NCBI RefSeq assembly: GCF_001194135.2
Contig: NC_069004.1
Span: forward strand, 23,588,749 to 23,642,255
Direction: 5' to 3'
DNA length: 53,507 nt
DNA from: Octopus bimaculoides
Taxonomy: Eukaryota
Both the position numbers and the translations under genes were made by a program. The notes beneath the pieces were generated by a model. That model ran no database searches. It was not told the origin of the DNA and was given only the letters and a program-made list of their open reading frames with translations. This document shows positions 45,346 through 53,507 of this stretch, one piece after another. How positions within the stretch are numbered: the first letter of the stretch is position 1; each line of letters starts with the position of its first letter.

Positions 45346-46169
45346 ACAGATATGTTGGGTTGAAATTTAATGTGAATTTAATGACAACAGGACTGTAATA
45401 AACAAATTTTGAAGATGTATCATAGAGAATGTATAACTCAAGATGAATAATTCTCCGTTCTTCTTTATGATGTCTTCATTATATACTCTGTATGTTGTGT
45501 GAAATCCCATGAAGCAAATTCAGGATTTAACTCTCAAGTGAACTAACGTCTAATTGTTTATTTTAAATGATTTTGTATGTTTCCTGTCATTCAGTGTGGT
45601 TAGCCAGAATTGGATTATATCAGAATGCTACTAACATACCTGCCCGAGTTCTAGACCCCTATTCCTTTACATTATCATCACCATCATCATCATTTAACTC
45701 ATTTAATATCCATTTACCTTGGTGGCATGGGATGGTAAGTTTGGCTGGAGCTGCACCACATTCCAGTTGTACGTTTTGGCACAGCTTCTACAGCTGGATG
45801 CCCTTCTTAATGCTAACCACTCCACAGAGTGTACTGGGTACTTTATATATAGTAGTGGCGCAGGTGCACTTTAACTGGCACCAGCAGTTTGCTTTTATGT
45901 GGCACCAACACATACATACATACAGACACACATATATGTGCATATGATATACAGAAATATCATGACTGGATATTCTTCCTGTCCCTTCATAACCCCACCT
46001 GTTTTCATGTAAGGTCATAGGGAAATATTACCTTTCATTAAAACAGGTGAAGAAAGGGATCTCATTGTAGAAAATTTTCTGCAACAAATTCCTTCAGACT
46101 CATGCAAGCATTAAGAAGTGGACATAATCGATGATGATGATGATGATGATGACACAAATACTCATATAT

Positions 46170-46220
<51 letters not shown>

Positions 46221-46869
46221 TATACTGCAGGCAATTTTTCTACAAATGCAGTAACCCCATCTATGAACTGCTACAGGGTAGAGAGGGTGATTTAACTTTG
46301 CACTACAATGAATCTCTATAAAACAAGTGATAGGACAATATACACCCAGACCACACTAATGACTAAAACCAATAAAAGAATAGCAAGAAGAAACAACTAA
46401 TTTACTTTGTACAGCATGTGAAATTACATGGGCCAATGATTCTTTTTATTGTAAATGCATAATCAGCTGACAAGACAATGTGGTACCAGTTTGTCCGATA
46501 TAACATTTACAATCATAAATTTGACAACTTTCATATTTGCATAGAAATTCATGTAATACATTAATAGCTTACAAACTTGTTTGGTTTCTTGCATATTTGT
46601 GGAATCTTGCATGTTTGTAATGTGTTATTAAAGCTACTTTGTGGTTGGATATTATTCTTGATGTGTTATGTTTGATGAGTATTTTTGTTTTACGTTTCAT
46701 TCATCTCTTCCATAGCAATGGTGCATTTGATTCATATAATATACAGTATGTCTGTTGTTTTACTGCGTACAAATTGATTCTGAATTATTCTATAGTTCAG
46801 TCTATTATTGCTATACGTCTAACTGCCTAGTATTTGTTGCATCCTGTTATTTCTTTGACAGAGCTAGCT

Positions 46870-47410
46870 TCTGTGGACTAAAACATGAAGTACACTATAA
46901 AGTAGTTGGCAAACCAGCTGAAGGCAATGTAAAAGTTTGAAAAGAGTATTTAGTCTTACTGAGGGCAAAACAACAGGTTCTTTCTTTAGTTGGCATACCT
47001 GAATGAAGATTTGTGGTTATAAAATCTTTTTTGAAATTATTTTCACACATACCAAAGCATACATATGACTGAGGTGACTTCGTACATGACATTACATGCA
47101 TGATCAGTAGGCACAAAAGTAGATTTCCACGAGTGAAACGTGGAATAGTCCATTTGGTAAGTCAGGGACTGCAAATATAGCTAAGCTTTGGAGAATGCTT
47201 TTAAAGATTTTTTGCATATCTATGGACTTCCAGGAAATGCTTTTCTGGTAGAGCAAGGAAATTTTTTCATACATTAGTTTTCATACTTGAAGAAAACAGT
47301 TGGTCATACCATATTATTTTCCTAAGTCAATTCTTAGGTCATGAATTTAAGTTGTTAAAAGTATAAGAGATGCTATCAATGAATCAACTGGTGCTGCTTT
47401 CTCAAATATT
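46870..47410 (+). pseudogene. Decayed Gypsy/Ty3 integrase remnant
   Basis: Frameshifted motifs in correct order: KSRFP, ANIAK, IYGLP, EQGNFFIH*F, RKQLVI, IRDAINESTG, resembling TRFPEA...FSIYGLP..IQSDQG.NF.S.LF...KQLGI...IRDA.NESTG. Confidence 0.6.
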
Positions 47411-47899
47411 TCACCTCTTCATGCCAGTCTGATATAATCATCCACATGCTATGTAACTTTACATGCAATGGTTTTAGAAATGGAGGGATACCAAAACAAT
47501 AGTAACTAATGATGCAGATGAACTAAGCTCATTCTCCATCTTCTTAATTATATTTCATGTTACTCTTTCCTAAGGCTCCCACATTACTTTCACCAGTCGA
47601 CTTTCAATTTCCTCAAGGTTTCAGTTTGAGAGTGAAAATAGCCAAGGCTTCAGGCTGAGTGCACCATTCAGATTACACCAACATTTTTACTCCAACAGGA
47701 CCTACACTCTACACATGAATATATATATATATAGATATGTATTTGTGTAACATTGTTCGTTTTTTCCCGTCCTTGTTTTGGTATACATTCGCTGCTTTCT
47801 TCCAAGGAATCTAATGCGCTTAGCTTAGTTTTTCCTTGGAGCTGGCCAGATTGGAGAAATATCGAGAATAACCAGCCAAAATTGCAAAGATAATCTGGA

Positions 47900-47935
47900 T
47901 CTCGACTGAGGAAAGAAAATTCCGAATGACTTGTC
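47900..47935 (+). ncRNA. Weak hammerhead-like motif in a ~250-bp unique-looking insert (47735-48025)
   Basis: CTGAGGA-AAGAAAATTCC-GAAT-GAC; core box intact, GAAA replaced by GAAT. Confidence 0.35.
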
Positions 47936-48267
47936 CTTGTATCGTCTATCTGAATGTTTTGTCCCTTTCTTTTATCACCTAACTGTTTGGATGTTTTGCA
48001 TCCTTGTCCCATTCTGTATTATTAATATATATATATATATATACACGCATATATATATATATATATATTTACACACATATATATATATTCTTACACACAC
48101 ACATATTTGCAAATATACATATATGCATACACAAAATTACATGCCAATGCCACATCAAAGTAGTACCAGCACACACTGTAAAGTGGTTGACATTAGGAAG
48201 AGCATCCAACCCATGCCAGCATAGAAAATGGATGTTAATGGATGATGATGATGACATACATACACAT

Positions 48268-48309
<42 letters not shown>

Positions 48310-48789
48310 GTGTGAGGAGTGTTTTACATATTTTATATGTAGTTTAGTCACAAGGAAAAATCATTACTCATGGAACATCTGAGATTGTTAGTAGGGAAGA
48401 TAGAAGGCACCCTTAAACTGCAAGCCAGTCCCAAATGCATCCAACGCAGTCGACTGATAGCAGCACCCAAGGATCACATTGTAGTGCTAAATCCCTCAGG
48501 ATAGTATTGGTGAAATTTGAACTCTGAACCTAAAGAGCCAAAACAAATACCACATCTGATGCTCAAACAAGTCTCCTAGTCCTTTACCCTAAAATGATAC
48601 TTTATAGGTCATGCACCATACAAGCACAAAACCCTTTGCTCTGACATATAGGCACAGGCATGGCTGTTGGGTGAGAAGTTTGTTTCTAGGTTCAGTGTCT
48701 GCTACAATATCCAGCTACACTGGCCAAGTGTCTGCTACAATAACCTTTAACTGATACGCAAAAGTACATTGGTATGTGTGAAGGTAACT

Positions 48790-48975
48790 CGAAAAATGAT
48801 TGCCATTTTATCAGTAGCTTACTTTTGCCAACAGCAAAGAATTCTGAGGAGCAAGAGGTGATGAAATCATGAAATGCTGCTTCTGCATCTTCTTCAGATT
48901 TGAAGTTTTTTCCTTGCAAAAAGTTGTCTAATGCCTGGAAAACTTGATAACGACTGTGAAACTTGGCGCATAAGA
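48790..48975 (-). mobile_element. mariner transposase C-terminal remnant (different family)
   Basis: YQVFQALDNFLQGKNFKSEEDAEAAFHDFITSCSSEFFAVGKSKLLIKWQ, matching DYHFF..LDNFL.GK.F.....AF..F......F...GI.KL..RWQ. Confidence 0.85.
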
Positions 48976-49022
48976 AAATTGGAAATTTCATTCTTAATGA
49001 CCTGATATGTATATAATGATGA

Positions 49023-49331
49023 ACATGGCTCAGTGGTTAGAGTGTCAGGCTCACAAACTTGAGGTAGTGAGTTCAATTCTTGGACCAGGATATGTGTTGT
49101 GTTCTTGAGCAAGGCACTTTATTTCATGGTGATCCAGTTCACTCAGCTGTAAAAATGAGTTGCAACATCACTGGTATCAAACTATATTGGCCTTTGCCTT
49201 TCACTTGGGTCACATCAGTGGCATGGAGAGGGAAGGCTGGTATGCATGGGCAACTGCTAGTCTTCCCTAAACAACTTTGCCTGAACTTGGGGCAATCCCA
49301 TAATCATTCATGACTGAAGGGGTTCTTTACT

Positions 49332-49335
<4 letters not shown>
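49023..49335 (+). mobile_element. SINE family D, full copy with tRNA head
   Basis: TGGCTCAGTGGTTAGAGTG...GAGTTCAATTC A and B boxes; body shared with 3664 and 16367. Confidence 0.85.
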
Positions 49336-49364
<29 letters not shown>

Positions 49365-49549
49365 NNNNNNNNNNNNNNNNNNNNNNNNNNNNNNNNNNNN
49401 NNNNNNNNNNNNNNGCTTCTTTCAGTTTCTGTCTACCAAATCCACTCAAAAGGCTTTGGTCAACTCAAGGTTACAGTAGAAGTCACTTGCCCAAAGTTAC
49501 ATGCAGTGGGACTGAACCCAGAACCATGTGGTTCTAAAGCAAGCTTCTT

Positions 49550-49780
49550 ATTTCTTTATTGCCCACAAAGGGCTAAACGTAGAGGGGACAAACAAGGACA
49601 GACAAAGGGATTAAGTCGATTACATTGATCCCAGTGTGTAACTGGTACTTAATTTATCGACTCTGAAAGGATGAAAGGCAAAGTCGACCTCGGCGGAATT
49701 TGAACTCAGAACATAGCTGCAGACGAAATACCGCTAAGCATTTTGCCCGGTGTGCTAACGTTTCTACCATCTCGCCGCCT
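49550..49780 (-). mobile_element. SINE family B (third tail variant) inserted into a SINE A head
   Basis: The SINE A (minus) breaks at AAGCAAGCTTCTTA (49550) and resumes GCTTCTTACCACACAG (49790); GCTTCTTA is duplicated on both sides as a target-site duplication. Confidence 0.85.
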
Positions 49781-50450
49781 TCCACACAGCTTCTTACCAC
49801 ACAGTCATTCCTGCACCTAAAATAATAATTTTTTTCCATGTAACACAAAACATATGGGCTGTACCGAGGCAAATTTATGATGAAATTTACTTTCTTCAGT
49901 GTTTAATAACTCTATTAAATGTCTAACTGTCTGAGACGAGTTGTTGTTAATGCGATTACAAATTTTCAGGCAATTAATCTTATTGTTACAGAAGAAATAT
50001 GGTTCTATATTTACATCTGCTGCTGTTCTTCTTGAAAAATAAAGTCTATAGACTTGTTAAATTTTTGTTCTACCCACCCATGGATACTTTCAATGAAGTG
50101 GGTGAATGATTTATGTGTAGGTGAGATAAAAACCAGATTTCCCAGAGGGAAGGAATATTCATTTTTTTATTTATTTATTTATTTTAAGACATTTATTGAC
50201 TTGTTTTTCAGGAAGGAGATGTAAATATTGAAAATGATAATGAAGATGATGATGACGATGACGATCATGATAACGACGACGACAATGATGACAATAATGA
50301 TGATGATAATGACGACGATATTAATAATGATAATAATGATGATGATGATAATAAAAGAGGGAGGAGGAGAAGGAAAACAAGTGAAAGAATAACAAAGAAA
50401 AAGAATGAAGATTATTATTATGATCATCATCATTGTTATTATTACTATTA

Positions 50451-50488
<38 letters not shown>

Positions 50489-50740
50489 ATCATTGTTGTT
50501 GTTCATGTGTAATAAAGATGAGTTTAATAGACTGCAGCAGAACTTTATAATCTTATTAAGAATAACTCAAGTTTGACAAATCTAACAGACTCTGGACATT
50601 TTGCGCACTTCCATAATGTTCTTCTCTGATTAACTTGATAAAGATATATTCTCTTATCCTCAAGAGGATTTTAATTCTTTCTCCCCATCTTTCTTATCTA
50701 TCCAACTATCTATCTATATCTATAGATATATATACATATA

Positions 50741-50773
<33 letters not shown>

Positions 50774-51216
50774 NNNNNNNNNNNNNNNNNNNNNNNNNNN
50801 NNNNNNNNNNNNNNNNNNNNNNNNNNNNNNNNNNNNNNNNNNNNNNNNNNNNNNNNNNNNNNNNNNNNNNNNNNNNNNNNNNNNNNNNNNNNNNNNNNNN
50901 NNNNNNNNNNNNNNNNNNNNNNNNNNNNNNNNNNNNNNNNNNNNNNNNNNNNNNNNNNNNNNNNNNNNNNNNNNNNNNNNNNNNNNNNNNNNNNNNNNNN
51001 NNNNNNNNNNNNNNNNNNNNNNNNNNNNNNNNNNNNNNNNNNNNNNNNNNNNNNNNNNNNNNNNNNNNNNNNNNNNNNNNNNNNNNNNNNNTACATACAT
51101 ATATATATACACACATATCTATGAATATATATAGATACATACACATATATATACATGTATAAATATACATATACATGCATATATACATACATATAAATAA
51201 CCATTCACAGCAAATA

Positions 51217-51263
<47 letters not shown>

Positions 51264-52612
51264 GTATGTATGCATGTGTCTATGTATGTATGTGTGTCTG
51301 TATGTTACCATGTATATCCATCAAAAGAATCGATGAACTCACTGATACACAAATGTCATACAGAAGGGTTAGAAAACATGCAGGAGTGGGTATATATATA
51401 TATATATATACATACATATACATACATGTATGTCATCATCATTATCATATAACATCTGTTCTTCTATGCTATCATGTGCTGAATGATTTGAGAGGAACTG
51501 GCAAGACAAAGGACTGCACCAAGCTCTGTTTGCTTTCGCATGATTTCTGTGGCTGAATACCCTTCCTGATGCCAACCACTTTACAGAGTGGATTGGGTGC
51601 TTTTTACGTGGCACCAACACCAATGTGGTCACCGTGGAACTTGCAAAACAAAAACTCCCTCAACTGAGGAGAAGGGATAGTATTGAGGGGGTGGGGATTT
51701 ATGCAAGGTGACGAGAGGTTAAAGTATGATAGAAAGAGAGGTGTCTTGCTGCAGAGGAGATACATGGCTACTCCAGTAGGCAAAGGGAGAAGAAAGGAGA
51801 TGAGGTGGAGAGAGAGAGAGAAGCTGATAGTGAAAGTGTGTTAGAGCATAGGCTCAAGGAACAAGGAGCTGGATTAAGTGAAGTGGTAGAGAGGATTGAA
51901 TAGGGTGAGTGAGTTGCTAACTTTGCAAGAGTGCAAAAGAAAATGAGAGATAGAAGAAAGAGCAATGTAGTGAGTGATGAACATGGGCAGAGGAGAGAGA
52001 GAAGATGCCTATGTATGAAGGCGGCAGACAGTCATGGGAATCAATAGCTAGAATTTAGGTTTAAAATTAAAATGTAATATACAGACAAAGCTGTAGAAAA
52101 TGCACCACTTTGAAAAGATCAGGGCATACAACAGCTCCAATTCCATTGTGCTCCAGGCACTCTTTGCAGTCTACTGACTGCAATCAGCAAACAGATTTCA
52201 ATGATTGGCCCTGTCCTACATAGCAATTTCACCACTTGCACACCTATCTTTCATTATAACTGCTACGATAAGGCAACCCTTTCTCTCCACTTTTACCCTC
52301 CGGTTTCATGTGATATTTGTAATGACAAAGTAAAATGGTCAGATTGGCAAAGGGTTGGGTGCTGTAAGGATTATCAATAAATGAGGAAGAAATCAATATT
52401 ATGAACAAGAGAAAAGAATGAGTGACGATGAAGAAAAGGCATGAGGAGGGACATGGTAGTGTAAGAAAATGTTTTTAGGTATTTTAGTTATGGCTGTTCA
52501 GTTAAGAAGCAGGTTTTGAAAGCACACGGTCACAGGTTCAAGTTCACAATGTAGCACCTTAGGCAAGTGAAACATTAACATTTTAGAAAATGTAACATAT
52601 ATATATACACAT

Positions 52613-53000
52613 AGGCATGGCTGTGTGGTAAGAAGCTTGCTACCTAACTACACAGTTCCAGGTTCAGTCCCTCTGAGTGGCACTTTGGCCAAGTGTCTTC
52701 TCCTATAGCCTTGGGCCAACCAAAGCCATGTGAGTGAATGTTATAGACAGAAACTGAAGGAAGCCCATTGTCTATATTTATATATATGTATAATATATGT
52801 ATATATACTAGCAGTAATACACATCGTTGATTGGATAATTATTTTTAATCTTTCTCGTTCCCTTAAGTTAGCAATTCAGCAAAAGACTCCAATAGAATAA
52901 GTACTATACTTCAAAAAATAAATCCTGAGGTCAATTTCTTTGACTAAAACCCTTCCAGGCGGTGCCCCAGCATGGCCACAGTCTAATGACTGAAACAAGC
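52613..53000 (+). mobile_element. SINE family A, with a Helitron-like 3' stub (52808-52850, minus) in its TA tract
   Basis: Family A head and tail. Minus strand reads ATCCAATCAACGATGTGTATTACTGCTAG|T, a decayed hairpin plus CTAG|T. Confidence 0.75.
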
Positions 53001-53469
53001 AAACAAACTAGATACTGCATGTATATTACATAGACTACTTTCAATACAATAGAGGAAAAATGAAACACTGTACAAATGCACAGAACACAGAATCTGTGGT
53101 TAGTATCATAGCAAAAGTATGCACATGCAATCAAAACCAGATATTTCTGAAAGGAGGAAAATAAGTAAATAACTAGTATAAAATGGATAGAGAGGCATCT
53201 GACTGCAAATATTGGTCTGACATAATTTCCCTCCCTAATGAAAATGACAATAGTGTGCTAATTATCACCATAACAATATCTAATGACTACAAAATGTTGT
53301 GGCAGATGCGAGTTGAAAAGCTGAGAAATTACACTGTTTAGTTGTTGAAATATATATTTATATATATACATATATGCATGCATACATACATATATCAATC
53401 TATATAACATAAATAATATATAAATATATGCATATATCCATACATAGATGTACATACCTACATCTATAC

Positions 53470-53507
<38 letters not shown>

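Overview
Repeat-dominated, AT-rich eukaryotic (animal) genomic DNA from a draft assembly with 14 N-gaps. The SINE families, microsatellite load and style suggest an octopod cephalopod such as Octopus (inference, not checked). I could not identify any host gene with confidence; only a few isolated candidate exons are visible. Almost all ORFs in the supplied track are artefacts of microsatellites or N-runs. The window is a transposon graveyard. It holds Penelope-like element (PLE) GIY-YIG remnants, RTE and RTE-X-like LINE remnants, an R4/Dong-like LINE 3' end sitting in an (AAT)n array, and a Gypsy integrase relic. It also holds three mariner fragments, one Tc1 fragment, a Helitron with both termini, piggyBac-type MITEs, foldback elements and at least five SINE families. 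The most striking signal is a set of about a dozen unrelated minimal hammerhead-ribozyme-like motifs (CUGANGA...GAAA, often with a palindromic helix III). One near-intact copy lies in a 545-bp palindrome whose mirror arm lacks the catalytic core. A tRNA-headed SINE family with a hammerhead-bearing tail occurs in three copies, two of them head-to-head. All protein-family calls come from motifs I recognised by eye, not from database searches. Repeat boundaries are approximate.
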